Of a stretch of 64,000 nt of DNA, positions 12,288 to 24,464 are shown piece by piece. The stretch is taken from assembly GCA_030390025.1 (NCBI GenBank), contig CM059431.1:113214001-113278000 (forward strand), in the 5' to 3' direction. Source of the stretch: Squalus acanthias (Eukaryota). The position numbers and the translations under genes are program-made. Position 1 is the first letter of the stretch; each line of letters begins with the position of its first letter. The notes beneath the pieces were generated by a model, which saw nothing but the letters and a program-made list of their open reading frames with translations, had not been told where the DNA came from and did no database searches.

Positions 12288-13711
12288 CTCTCCAACTGTT
12301 TGGAGCAATCAGAACCTCCAGTGCAGTGACTGCACACTCCTAGATGAAACTTCAAATGCAACGTGGCCATGGCTCCTGTAACTATCCCGGCTGAAAACGT
12401 GTTATTGATGACGTCATCAGACCTGCACCATTTAATTGGGCCGGTAACACACAGGCCCCATTAGCGCAAAGTCGATCTCAGCAGCGGGATGGAAGCAACA
12501 ACGAGGTATCGACCCGCCATGCCGACCGCCCGCACCCGACCCGCCCAGGTACAGAAAATTCCGCCCAATAAATCAGGTCCTGATGACCCCCCATGTCTCT
12601 TGGTTCCTGCACCCCGTTTAAAATTGTATCATTTAGTTTATAATGCCATGTGTAGAATCTGGTAACAATTTAATTTTTTGGTCCTGATTCATTGCCTTTT
12701 CCTTCTTACATGAGGTCATTAATCTAAGTTCTTAGATCTAATGCCAGAGAATCATTTACCGAGTTCTTTTGTTTTTTTCATAACATACGACTCGCTTTCT
12801 TTGGAGAGTCAAATTTTGTGCAAGTCAAGGTTTAGGAAATTATTGGGACCTTTCAACTTTGTCAGTTTCATTGCTTATTGTGCAAGAACAGTACAGACCT
12901 TTGGCTGCAGAGAGCGTGGTTTATACGGTGGCTTATGTTATTTGTTATGTTTGAGATTTAGTACACAGTGATCATCGATGCAGCTCTGAAATCTAAGTGC
13001 AAACGTGTCACTGAAGCACAGGCAGGAGCTCGACCTCAACAAGGTGCTAGTTTTGCCGTGGATTAGCTTTGCATCAGCTTCAATCGTTCATGAAGAGCTA
13101 ACACAACGACCCAGAAAAGATTGCAGATGCATGATGTGCTCCTCGATCTGATGACTTTGCCCCCCTGCACCTTCATGATACTTATTGACAAATGCAAGGC
13201 GATCTCGTTGGATACACTCTGATGAGACTTTCCCTTACACAGCTCAATTATACCAGGAGTACACACAGGACTCTGCAGCTCCTTCTGATATTGAGATCAC
13301 CATGATCAGCTCTGCCACATGTGTGCATGATACATAAATACCATGTGCACATACATGGTATATTTAATGGTGATCCTTCTGACTTTGAGGGAGCATTCAG
13401 GCTATGTGCCTAGTACAACTGGTTGGTGTCATTTGTCAGGATTTGAACTCGATTAGTTAGACTGAGGCCAGAAGGTGATTACAAGCCATGCAAAGGAAGA
13501 TATTGGATACTTGCTTGAAAATGGGGAGAGCACAGAAAGGTAAATCTGGCAGGGTAGATCACATGCCTCTTACAGAACCTACTGGATTTCCCTTATTGAT
13601 CTGTAAGAATATTGGGGAAGGGAGTAAAAGTTATAACTTTTGCTGCCTACTTTACCATCATGCCTTACGTAGTCAAATAGACCTAGTTTAAACTGAACCA
13701 GCAAATACTGA

Positions 13712-14190
13712 TGTCAACTGTGGCTCAGTGGGTAGCATGCTCGCCTCTGGGTCTAGAAGGTTGTGGGTTCAGAATCCCACTCCAGGGACTTGAGCACAAA
13801 AATCTAGGCTGACATTCTGGTGCAGTGCTGAGGGGGTGCTGCATTGTCGGAGGTGCCGTCTTTCGGATGAGACGTTAAACCGAAGCCCCGTCTGCTCTCT
13901 CAAGTGGACGTAAAAGATCCCATGGCACTATTTCAAAGAAGAGCAGGAGAGTTATCCCCAGTGTCCTGGCCAGTACTTATCCCTCAACCAACATCAGTAA
14001 AAAAACCAGATTATCTGGTCATTATCACATTGCTGTTTGTGGGACCTTGCTGTGCGCAAATTGGCTGCCGTGTTTCCTATATTACAACAGTGACTCCACT
14101 TCAAAAGTACTTCATTGGCTGTAAAGTGCTTTGAGACGTCCGGTGGTCGTGAAAGGCGCTATAGAAATGCAAGTCTTTGTTTCCTTCTTT
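13712..14190 (+). mobile_element. full-length tRNA-derived Deu-domain SINE (SacSINE1-like)
   Basis: A box TGGCTCAGTGGG, B-box-like GGGTTCAGAATCCC, Deu core GGTGCCGTCTTTCGGATGAGACGTTAAACC...AAAGATCCCATGGCACTATTTC, tail GGCGCTATAGAAATGCAAGTCTTT. Confidence 0.9.
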
Positions 14191-14265
14191 AAGAGAGAAC
14201 AAAGACTATTGGAACTTGCATAGTCACATCAGGAGGTCATCATCAGATAGGGAAGTGCTCGTATC

Positions 14266-14707
14266 TGTGATTACCTGAAACAATGGGGTAAACAGATGGC
14301 CCCTAATCATAATAAACGTCTGGGCTGTGGGTGAGGCATCTCATGCTTTTCTGATATGCCAAGAGGAAACTTAAAGGTTAACTTGATCAAGCAGCCAGGT
14401 CAGAAAACAGACAGTATACACACTGCCTGATAGGGAAGACGACACTGGGAAGGATGTGTTTTGATGGTTTGGAGGTCACGTGACTGAAAGGGGTATAAGA
14501 ACACAGATGAACCAGCTTCTAGTTGTAAAGCTCGAGATGCCACACCGGAAGAACCAGCTGGACTACGTGCTCCATCCAGAGGAGGAACGGCGGGGTAATA
14601 TCGTTTTACTTCTCTGTAAATTACTGCTTAAATACTGAAAATACTCACTTGTGCTTGAAATAAAAGAATGTTGTCCCCAATTTGGTGTCACCTCAGAATC
14701 TATTACA
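14266..14707 (+). mobile_element. probable solo LTR (442 bp)
   Basis: TGTGAT...ATTACA termini, TATAA near 14494, AATAAA near 14659, imperfect 4-bp TSD TATC/GATC. Confidence 0.5.
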
Positions 14708-15873
14708 GATCCTCCCCAACAGATTTTCCTCTCTGCCCAAGTGTTGCTTCATGTCATAAAGGCCATAAAGGTGAAAGTTTACTCCATGGTTTCTTTTAGC
14801 TACTTTTACATAAGCAAAGTAAAAGCAATTCAACAATAACGATGCCATAAAAATCGTTATATCAGAGCTTCATTCATGTGCAAATGACTCTTATCCCAAA
14901 TACTTTTTTAAAAATAATAATGACTGCGGGGGAACAAAATGGAATGAAATGAGGACTGGCAGTTTGGCTAAATTTTTCAATCAATCTGGAGATTCAGTTC
15001 CAACCGACAGTGCCGAATGTGAGTACATTGTAGCATTTCTTTACTTAATATTTATTATGGGAATAATTCTCTGGGAAGCTAGTAAAGAAAAGTGACAAAG
15101 GAATTTGCTGTTAATCTAAGTTTTATTCACTGTCTAAAATGGGTATACGAATACCAAAATAAAAGAATAGAGGGGAATATGTGCTTTTTAAGAGTTTGTT
15201 AAGGACGCTGAAGGCTTTGTTAAAGGCCAAATCATGAAGAAATCATGCAGTTTTAATTAAGGGAGAATGGAAATGAAAACAGTATCCTGAATTCCTGGTT
15301 AGGGTGGTGATTGGTCATGTGAAGGAAGGGCACAAGCAGCACATTTAGTATTTATTGCTTAGAAATAATCTGTGGCAGATTTAGAGAAAATGTGTCTGCA
15401 TCCCCCTTATTAACCCAAGATCAAATGGTTCTCCTGACTTAAATCCCACAGCTTTGACCTGCCCCAACTCAACTCCCACTGGCAACTTTGATATTCATTT
15501 GCCACTCAGGCAAATCACTCATTAATTTCTCCGTGTGAGTGTTTTGAAAACAAATTAACTTTATTAATGACTCCTGTAATAAAATGACATTAAATACTAC
15601 ACTCCATTAGCAGGTGGAGGGGGAGTCAGGCTCATGGCAGTCAATACCGCTTCTATGGGGGGGTTCCCCACCGCCAGTGTGTAATCAGAAAAATACCTCC
15701 ATGTTTTCTACTCTACAATAAAGCCCGAGTCAAATAACTTGCTTGCTGCACATTATCCGTACCCCTCCACATTTTAAAGGCCTGGCTTATGTCCCCTCTT
15801 GATCATCTTTTCTTCAGTGAAAACAAGTTCACTTCTGTGAGTCTCTTTTAATGAACGTTGTGGAATCGTCAAT

Positions 15874-17359
15874 GACCCGAATTTTGCGGTCAGCGGTGAA
15901 CAGGGCAAGCAACTGCCCTTAACCAATCAGATTGAAGAATCCTTACTGAGATGAACAGAGTCTAAAGTGTAAGTTAGAATAATGAATTCAATGATAAATC
16001 ATGTAAAGAAAGCAAAATAAAGAGAGGGAAAGAAAGGTGGGCTTAAGAGAGAGAGATAAAAGATACAGAAAGAAAAAGTAAAATAAAGGGGGAAAAATTC
16101 AGTATCGCCCCGTTTGGGGCGCGATTATCGGCCGGGCGCAAAGTTTAGCGCCTGGCGCTAATTATCGCCTCCGACTGCAAACTTGGCTTTTATCACCCCT
16201 GGAGGTGATTGGAGTGCTAAATCAGGCGCTTCACACCTGTCTTAAGGCGCAAAGGCCCAGGAGCGAGGAACTACCTCAGAGCGCTGGCGAAGCTCATGTG
16301 ATGTCAGTCAGCAATGGAACACAGACACAATGGCGCCGGCCAGTTCTTAAAGGGGAGGGTTGATCTTGCTCTCCATCCACATCCTGCTCATTGCAGCCTT
16401 GAATCTCGGCCTGGAGAGACCTGTACATCAAATCTGCTGGAAAGAACAATGGAGAGAACCAGGGAAAGAGCTCAGAGTGCAGCCCCCACAGTCTCTTCTA
16501 AATCGATACAAGGAAGGGCAAATCAAAATGAACCTGCAAAGTGCTGCTCAGTACCCAAAGCTCCTTCACACAGCGTTGAATCTCTCCACAAGTCTCTCTC
16601 TCTCTCAGAATGTGTGTGCAAAAATGTCACCAACAAAAAAAGGCAGGAAGTGTTTGCCTTTAAATAGCGCTCCCCCAGTCCCTTCCTGACTGCAAAATGC
16701 TCCCCTCAACCTGTCGTTGCTAGCGGCAGGTGGTAAGGCAGGGGGCGCCACTCAATATCCGGTCCGGGGCGCTACCGGGGCGTTGCGCACTCGACTGACG
16801 TCACGATCTGCCAGCGCAGGAGATCGTGGGGTAGTGTTTTGCGCCGCCGCAAAATGTCTAGTTAATTTCGTGAGCGGCGCAAACATCGCCGCACACTGGT
16901 GCTAGTTGCTTTGCGCCCCATTAGCGCCCTCTTAAGGTGCTAACGGGAGGCGCAAACCAACTGAATTTTTCCCCCAAAATGTTTTAATTTTAAAAAATCT
17001 CCAACAATAAATAGGAATGAGACTCCACACTTGTTAAAGTTCATTTTCAGTGCCAGAGAGGTTGTTTGATAGTAATTAAGACTTATCACACAAGGCCTAG
17101 CTTTTTCTGGTATGCTCAGTGAGTATCCAATGGGTAAGTACAGCAACTTCAGGCTCTTCCATGTGTTTCAATGCCAAGATTCTCGGTGAGGTACCGGTAT
17201 AGCAAAGCTTCTGGAGGAGCAGGGCAAATCGGTCAGCAACTTCCTGATTTCTGCATTTAACTGCACATGTGCGGTCGCCGGAAGTTACTGTCCAATTTAC
17301 TCTTTAATAACGGTGAGTGCTGATAGCCTCACCATTATCCTTACCGCAAAATCCAGGCC
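15874..17359. mobile_element. older non-autonomous Harbinger-like element hosting a younger MITE
   Basis: TIRs GACCCGAATTTTGCGGT / reverse complement GGCCTGGATTTTGCGGT (14/17); flanks AAT/ATT. Confidence 0.65.
16088..16975 (+). mobile_element. 888-bp non-autonomous Harbinger derivative of family B
   Basis: Perfect TIR GGGGGAAAAATTCAGT, TSD AAA; both subterminal regions align with 31934-36011. Confidence 0.95.
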
Positions 17360-17459
17360 ATTTTGTTCTCTGAACTCTCTACTGCATCATAATCCTCTTG
17401 GGGAGTAATCTAAATAAGGCCTTTACCAATGAGGAATATAGGAATAAAGTATCTTGATT

Positions 17460-17577
17460 TTCGTTTCCCACATTACAACAGTGACTCCACTTCAAAAATA
17501 CTTCATTGGCTGTAAAGCGCTTTGAGACGTTCGGTGGTCGTGAAAGGCGCTACATAAATGCAAGTCTTTCTTTCTTT
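17460..17577 (+). mobile_element. Deu-SINE 3' fragment
   Basis: Close match to the tail of the 13712-14190 SINE. Confidence 0.8.
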
Positions 17578-18145
17578 TACAATCGAATGCTCCTGAGATG
17601 CATTTTAGTAGATTATTAATCTTATTGTTAACATCTAGACATTGACTGGATGCTTTCACTGAATGCTACAGGATGGCCACTAAGATTACATTTAGCACGA
17701 CTGTGGTTTATATTGGCAGTAAACAGGAATAGTCTTCACAAAAACTGTTTGCCAGCCATATCACAAAATGATGTAAGCTTTGTTTAAAAGCATCATCCCA
17801 TCTCTTGCGCACTATGATATTAATGACTCAATTCTCTTTGGCTATTCCAAACCTTCCCCAAAAAAGTTTGACAAACATTTTTTCATGAATGTAGCACATT
17901 TACTATTTGAGCGACCATGCACACAAATGTGTTTTGCCTGGATTGCTTTTGCTTCATGAAGCCATAAACTTATCATACAGTCTGAACATCAAAAATAAGT
18001 GAGTTAGATTTGCAAGGTCAATAAATCTTAAGAGATTTAGGGAGGCTCTCTAAGCTAAAACATTTGTATAATTTCTCAGGCAAAATAATATTGTAATAAT
18101 TTCATTTATGAGGGTGAATTTTTTATTAGCACACAGGAAGTGTAA

Positions 18146-18878
18146 TGGGGAGCACAGCCAGAACACTTCGCACCGCAACAGTGGCTCTCGTCTACTCTGC
18201 TGCAGAATGCTGCTCTGCCTCCTGGTCCTGCAGCCACCACACGAAGATCGTGGACGTGCAGCTAAACGCTGCCATGAGGACGGTGTCGGGGACGCTCATG
18301 TCCACTCCAACTGAGTGGCTCCCAGTGCTGTCCCACATTGCCCCGCCTGCCACTCACCGCAACGCCACCGTGCTCCGTGAGATGGAAAAAGTCATGAGCA
18401 ACACTGACCCTCCCATTCACAAAGACTTGAAAAACCCGCCACGAAAGCGCTTAAAGTCGCGCCGACCATTCTGGGAAACAGCAGCCAATATTCACGCAGC
18501 TGGTATCGACCCACTATCCAGGTGGACGGAATCGTGGGATGCACGCAACATAAAGAACCAACGCCTCATCACTGACCCAACAACAGAGGACCGTGGCTTC
18601 GATCTCCCTTGAAGACAGTGGACAGGCTCAATCCAATCCGCACAGGGCATGGACGATGCGGCCACCTGCTCCACAAGTGGAAGATGAGAGACGACCCGAA
18701 GTGCGACTGTGGCCATGAGTCCCAGACCATGGAACACATCACATCAACCTGCCCACTGAGATCTGTTGTGGGAGGCACCTCAATTCTCCACTCGGCATCT
18801 CAGGAGGCCGTCGAATGGATAGCGAAATTAGGCATCCCGTTATAAGCTTTTCCTGTCCTACAAAAGTAGTAGTAGTAG
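18146..18878 (+). mobile_element. 5'-truncated non-LTR retrotransposon, Vingi/Ingi-like (RT C-terminus + zinc knuckle)
   Basis: WG..ARTLRTATVALVYSAAE..W..S.H...D..LN.AMR.VSG...TP.EWLPVLSHIAPP; frameshift near 18610; CDCG..QTMEHI...CP; no RNase H; short UTR and (TAG)n tail. Confidence 0.75.
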
Positions 18879-19149
18879 TGTGTTAAATGGAAGTAACAAT
18901 TTTCTCCCTTTTTTAATCCATTGCAGGGAAGCACAACTTTATGCCGTATACTTTGAGGAAGCCTGGATGCAATAGAATGCACTAAAACTAATGCACAACT
19001 GAGTGATAAATTGGAAACCACCTGCAATAATTCTGATGAACTGACTACGCAGACCCCTAATCAATATAAATAGTGTAGAGTGGGCAAACCTAGCCGTGGA
19101 GTTTGCAATTTCTGAGCAAAATGGAGAGAGAGAGAGAGAGAAAAACAAA

Positions 19150-19480
19150 AGCAAGCTGGCTGATCCTTGCCAAGTGCTTAGCCGTTGTCTGGAAAACGTC
19201 TAACAAAGAATGTTGAGCGGTGCTTATATTGCTACTTGGCTGTACATCTGGTTCCACGAGACGGTATAAATCATCTATGGTTTCCTTGGTGAGCTGTAAA
19301 TCCTCACATGATGCTATTTGGTGAGGTTGAGGCTGCTTCAGCGCAGGCAGAACACATGCTTCCTGTTCTAGTAGTGTGTCCAAGTGGTCCATTTTCTATG
19401 GCTTTGGTTCTCCCTGGACCTTCTCTGCCGCTTCTACTATTCTTCTCCTCCAACAATCCAACAAAGGGAGACATTTATGC
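19150..19480 (-). pseudogene. highly decayed Harbinger transposase N-terminal fragment
   Basis: LQLTKETIDDLYRLVEPDVQP resembles LRFSKEVVTELCHLLQPDLQP. Confidence 0.5.
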
Positions 19481-20599
19481 CTCCCGGGTACATATATAGA
19501 CTTAACACAGTTGCGCGTCTTGCTCTGCTCCATGCTGAACTTCTGTTGCCTCTTTCCATTGCCTTGATACAACCTTTAATTTGGGTGTCGTTAACCACCA
19601 ATTGTATTTCAAGATCAACACGATCAAATTGGCATGTTGCCCATTGGCATGTTGCCCATTAAATGCTGGTTAGAAAAGCTCTAACAAGCAAAAAAATGTA
19701 TTAACATCAAATCAGCGTGTTAATGTGCATTAAATCAGTTTGCTCCCAGAAGCATGGACAGATATTAATGTAGACAATGACTACACTTTAATGTATGCTT
19801 AGCGTGTGCACTAGCCCTAACATAAAAAGCAATCTTTCCACCCCCCCACCCCGAGATTATCTAACTCTGAGGTCCTTATTTTACTCAGGCTGCTAATAAG
19901 CACATCAGTACTCATAATGATCATAATACCCAAATAAAACAATCTATTTACTTTTATTATCAAACTATGTAGCCTTAATTTGGTAATACGGCTTGGCATT
20001 TGTGGTTCTCTTGTGTCATTTTCCTTTTAACATTCAAAATTGCTGGTTTTGTACAATATTTGGTCAGTGCAACAACAGCACTCTGTTTGACTTTGGCTTA
20101 TCAATGAATCTTACCTATATATGGCCTAATTGTGGGCTTCTGATGGTTGAATATTTCCCCCCTCCCCCCTCCCCAAAACATGAATTTATAACCTGAAGTG
20201 CATGATATTTGATTTGTTGATTAGCCTGTAGTTAAACGAATGATTGTTCCTGGAATTCTTGATTAGTACATGCACTGTTAAATTAACTATAGATCATTCA
20301 TGTACTCCATTTGTGAAATTGTTTGAACTTGCACAATAGTTCATCAAGTAGTTCATGGCTGCTTATACATATCCATGAACATTAAATTATACCAATTAAA
20401 ACTGAGTTCTGCAGTTCATTTGGTTCCAGAGCCAGAAGCAGCCTTTCATACATTTGCAAATGAAGCAGCCAATGGATATGATCATGATTTGTAGTGATAA
20501 CTGTGCACTTAAAAGGTTCTTGTTGGTTTAATATTACCTAATCAACTCTTCTGGACAAACTGCACAATGAAAGTCATGTTGTTATTTTAACAAATTACA

Positions 20600-22620
20600 A
20601 AAACAATGCCAATAACTACTTGCACTAATATAGCGCCCACGTCACTTCTCAGAAGCATAATCAGACAAAAATTGACACCAAGTCAAAGAAGGAGATATTA
20701 GGAGGGGTGACTAAAAACTTGGCCAAAGAGGTGGGTTTTAAGAAGGGTATTACAGGAGGAGAGAATAGAGGAGAGGTGAGGTGAGCAGGACGAGAAAGAG
20801 ATTGGCGAGACTTGCTCCCAGTGGGTGCGCTGGGCAGGAAGGTTGGTGAGAGAGTTGGAGCAGGTAATTGCTCATAAGGAGGCAGTGACGAGTGCCTCGA
20901 GGGGCCCTTCAGAGAATGCTAAGAGAGGCACAGAGAGTAGCTGTATGCTTATCCAAGGGGGATTCAATCCTGGGATGGCAGCAAGAGAGTAGGAATGCAG
21001 AGGAATAGTGAAGGGTTGGGGTAGGAATTTGAGGGGTTGGGGGAGCAAAGTACCTGAGAGGGGAGAAATGAAAGGTGACATGGCTGAGTGACAGAAAGGA
21101 GAGGAAACAGGAGAGAAGGGCCCAAGAGGGGTGAGTGGAAGAGGAAAAAAAGAAGATAGATGTAATGGGCTCTGGTCTGGAGTGGCAGCCAAAATGCACA
21201 TGCGAATGGGCACAGATGGAATTCCGGTTATTTCAGCATGACAAATATTGGGATAGCTATGTCCTGTTTGTAAGCAGAGGATAGAGAAGACACGTGAGAG
21301 TCCAAAGTTAAAGTCAGAGGATAAAGTTGACTTGTAGACAGGGTGGAGCATAGAGGAACCAACGTCCAGGTTTGAAGACAGTTGTGGCGGGCGAGTGAGT
21401 CCTGGAGCTGTTTGAGGGGCAGAATTACAGTGGGCACTGTGGTGGAGGTTCTCAACACAAGAACATGCAACCTCAACTTGGAGCACACTGTATAAGTCAT
21501 CCCTTTGCTTCTGTTCTGCTATGAGCCAGCATAGGTTGATCCAGGGGTCTAGCGGAGGTGAGTAGTGGTCTCGAAGATTAGTGCACACAAGCAGATCCAG
21601 TATACCAGCAGAGGAGCAAGTAGTAGTGGGATTAAATCCAATGGCTGAGAGCAGTAAAGTGGAGGGAGTCAGGGAACGGCGAAAGGTAAATCCACAGGAT
21701 CAGTACAGACGAGGAAGCTGGTGCGAGAAACATCTGTAGGGAAGTGAGGAGCACACAAGATTGGGAGCAGCAGTGGGATCTTGAGGAAGCCGTCCAACGA
21801 AGGGTGATGAAGAAGTTTTGAAGGATGAGTGCAGTCGGCAGCCACAGGAAGTAAGTGGAAAGCAGCAAAGCAAAGGTCATTTGGCGCAGGATATACATCA
21901 GCAGGAGAAGATCTGAGGTCATTCATGGTAAAGTGAAAATTTCCTGGAAGAGGAGCAGATAACTGAGGACACAGGAGTAGACCAGGTACTATAGAGGTAG
22001 CCAAGCAGTCTCCATAGAAAGTGGTGGCGACAGTGGTGGTCGCTATAAGGCCCAGGAGCCAGTGGAGAAATGGACTTCGGCCCAGGAGAAAGTGGATTTC
22101 TGTCCAGGACCTACATAACAGCAAAGTAAACCTAAGACACCAGCAGTGTATTGAAGTACAGTCAGAAGCTCAGCAAGTAACAGCAGCTGGTGGGGAATGG
22201 GCTGTCGGTTACAAAAGGTTACTATAAAACCTTGTGGGAGTGAGTAGCAGCGCAGAGTCACATTAGCCAAGTCTTACAGCATAGTCTAGCAAGAGAAGTG
22301 TACTCCCGATGACAGAGGAATCCAGGAGTCCAGGAAGTCAAATTTGAGCAGAGTTCCAGCCGTTGAAAAGAGCACAGTAAAAACAGAGACAAGTAGGTTT
22401 GGGGATGTGCTCTGTATGGGTAGTTTTAAACTTGTAGCTTGAACTTGTAGTTTAGAATAAATGCACCCATTATTAGCAGCAGAGGATCTTAAGCAGTGGA
22501 GGAGAGGAGATTGCTGGGGGGAGATAGTGGGGGGCGGGGAGAAGGATGGCAATGGATGGCCAGTGATAGTGTTGCAAAGGAGAGGAGTACAATAAGGAAC
22601 TGCTAGCCAGCACAGGAGCC
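20600..22620 (-). mobile_element. decayed, internally deleted L2 LINE
   Basis: 20600-20780 matches the L2 3' ends at 51050-51250 and 57480-57663; the rest is pyrimidine-rich on minus with an APE-like LTRPP motif. Confidence 0.6.
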
Positions 22621-22736
22621 ATTGAAACAACTGTCTGAATTAATCCAAAAGAATTAGGTACTGAGATTAGACCATTGAAGGCGACAAAAAAAATCTATAA
22701 TCCTTTCCAAGTTTTAGGTGGATTTGAGTATATAAA

Positions 22737-23120
22737 ATGTAACAGTATAGAAACTGGCCATTTGGCCCATCAAGTCTGTACCAGTGTTTGTCTCCACATA
22801 GACCGTCTAGTTGTGCCCCATACACTATAATATTCCTCCGTTTCATGAAACTATCTAATTCCCTTTTAAAGGAATTTATAGATTCTGCTTCAACAATAGT
22901 TTGTGGCAGAAAATCCCACATTCAAAGCACCCTATGTGCAAAGAATATTTTTCTACCCTCCCCTTTAAGTTCTTTTGCGATTACATTTTTGCCCTCTTGT
23001 TACCATCTCACTGACCATTAGAAACAAGCTATTACTATCTATTTTATTGTAACATTCGTAGTCTTGAAGACCTCTGTCAGGTTACCCTTTAACCTTCTCA
23101 GCTCTAACGAGAAAAGCCTT
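22737..23120 (-). mobile_element. old CR1 3' fragment
   Basis: WDFLPQTIVEAESINSFKRELDSFM plus CR1 UTR. Confidence 0.75.
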
Positions 23121-23505
23121 AATTTGAAGTCAATGGAAAGTAAAATCAGACGAGGTGTATAATGGTGATCCGAGTTCGCCCGTTTTAAACTATTGCAAAA
23201 AGTTAAAATTACCCCAAGGAAGGGAGGAAAATCATGGGAGAATCATCCTGAGGCTGCCCTTGCACACCTTGTTATATGAAGTAATGGCAGGGGCTGAGAG
23301 TACTCAATTCACTTGCTATTGTAAGTATCAGCTCAACTCAGTTAGTAACATTCTCAATGACATGAATCTTGTCATTCATGTATGAAGTAATACTGGGCGG
23401 CCTGCTGGTGGCGCTGTCCAGGGAGAGTATAAATACTCAGGAATAACAACAGAAAACGCTGGAAAAACTCAGCAGGCCAGGCAGCATCCGTGGAGAGAGA
23501 AAGAG

Positions 23506-23542
23506 AGTTGACGTTTCAGGTCGATGACCTTTCATCAGAACT
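23506..23542 (-). ncRNA. minimal type I hammerhead ribozyme
   Basis: AGTT CTGATGA A AGGTC ATC GACCT GAAAC GTC AACT on the minus strand. Confidence 0.8.
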
Positions 23543-23819
23543 GGGAAGAGCTGGAAATCAAATAGATTTAAGGCCAGGGTAAAGCTGGGAAAAGGGGGAG
23601 GGGATAAAGGAACAAAAGAGGAGATGAAGAGACATTAAGAGACATTAAGAGATATGCAAGGCTAGAGGTGGTGTTAATGTGACAGATTAAGGCTGAATGA
23701 AGTGTGAAATCTACTGGCAGAATGAAGGACAGCTGCCAGCTTCTAGGAGGAAAAAAAAGGGTGGGGGGGACAAATAAAAGGGTGGATTAAATAAAATATA
23801 AATGTGATTGGAGCTGAGG

Positions 23820-24089
23820 TTATGATCTAAAATTGTTGAACTCGATATTGAGTCCAGAGGGCTGTAGCGTGCCTAAACGAAAGATGAGGTGCTGTTCCTC
23901 GAGCTTACGCTGAGCTTCCGTGGAACAGTGTATTAGGCCGAGGACGGTGAGGTCAGAGTGGGAGTGAAGCGGTGAATTAAAGTGACAGGCCACCGGGAGC
24001 TCGGGGTCCCCCTTACGGACTGAACGGAGGTGTTCCGCAAAGCGGTCACCCAATCTGCGTTTGGTCTCCCCAATGTAGAGGAGTCCACA
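23820..24089 (-). pseudogene. Penelope GIY-YIG endonuclease C-terminal fragment
   Basis: CGLLYIGETKRRLGDRFAEH...VACHFN...H...RKLEEQHLIFRLGTLQPSGLN; the N-terminus of the listed ORF comes from the inverted arm. Confidence 0.92.
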
Positions 24090-24427
24090 TCGTTTAGGCA
24101 CGCTACAGCCCTCTGGACTCAATATCGAGTTCAACAATTTTAGATCATAACCTCAGCTCCAATCACATTTATATTTTATTTAATCCACCCTTTTATTTGT
24201 CCCCCCCACCCTTTTTTTTCCTCCTAGAAGCTGGCAGCTGTCCTTCATTCTGCCAGTAGATTTCACACTTCATTCAGCCTTAATCTGTCACATTAACACC
24301 ACCTCTAGCCTTGCATATCTCTTAATGTCTCTTAATGTCTCTTCATCTCCTCTTTTGTTCCTTTATCCCCTCCCCCTTTTCCCAGCTTTACCCTGGCCTT
24401 AAATCTATTTGATTTCCAGCTCTTCCC

Positions 24428-24464
24428 AGTTCTGATGAAAGGTCATCGACCTGAAACGTCAACT
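24428..24464 (+). ncRNA. minimal type I hammerhead ribozyme
   Basis: AGTT CTGATGA A AGGTC ATC GACCT GAAAC GTC AACT: stem I AGTT/AACT, stem II AGGTC/GACCT, palindromic ACGT in place of stem III, GUC triplet. Confidence 0.8.

Larger units (their letters stand above)
8365..12566 (+). mobile_element. Full-length PIF/Harbinger DNA transposon, family A (decaying)
   Basis: TIRs GGCCGGAATTTTCTG / reverse complement GGGCGGAATTTTCTG (14/15); TSD AAT (8362-8364, 12567-12569); convergent transposase and Myb/SANT genes. Confidence 0.95.

Noticed and set aside
13712..13800. tRNA genes (also near 37200, 30100, 44450, 46250)
   Set aside because: A/B boxes are SINE heads followed by Deu or V domains; no cloverleaf recognised.
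18900..19030. Possible host exon after a strong acceptor (..CCATTGCAG|GGAAGC)
   Set aside because: No recognisable protein and no clear donor; cannot be supported without transcripts.
20872..21588. 238-aa minus-strand ORF as a gene
   Set aside because: Lies in decayed L2 sequence; low-complexity Leu/Ser/Pro composition.
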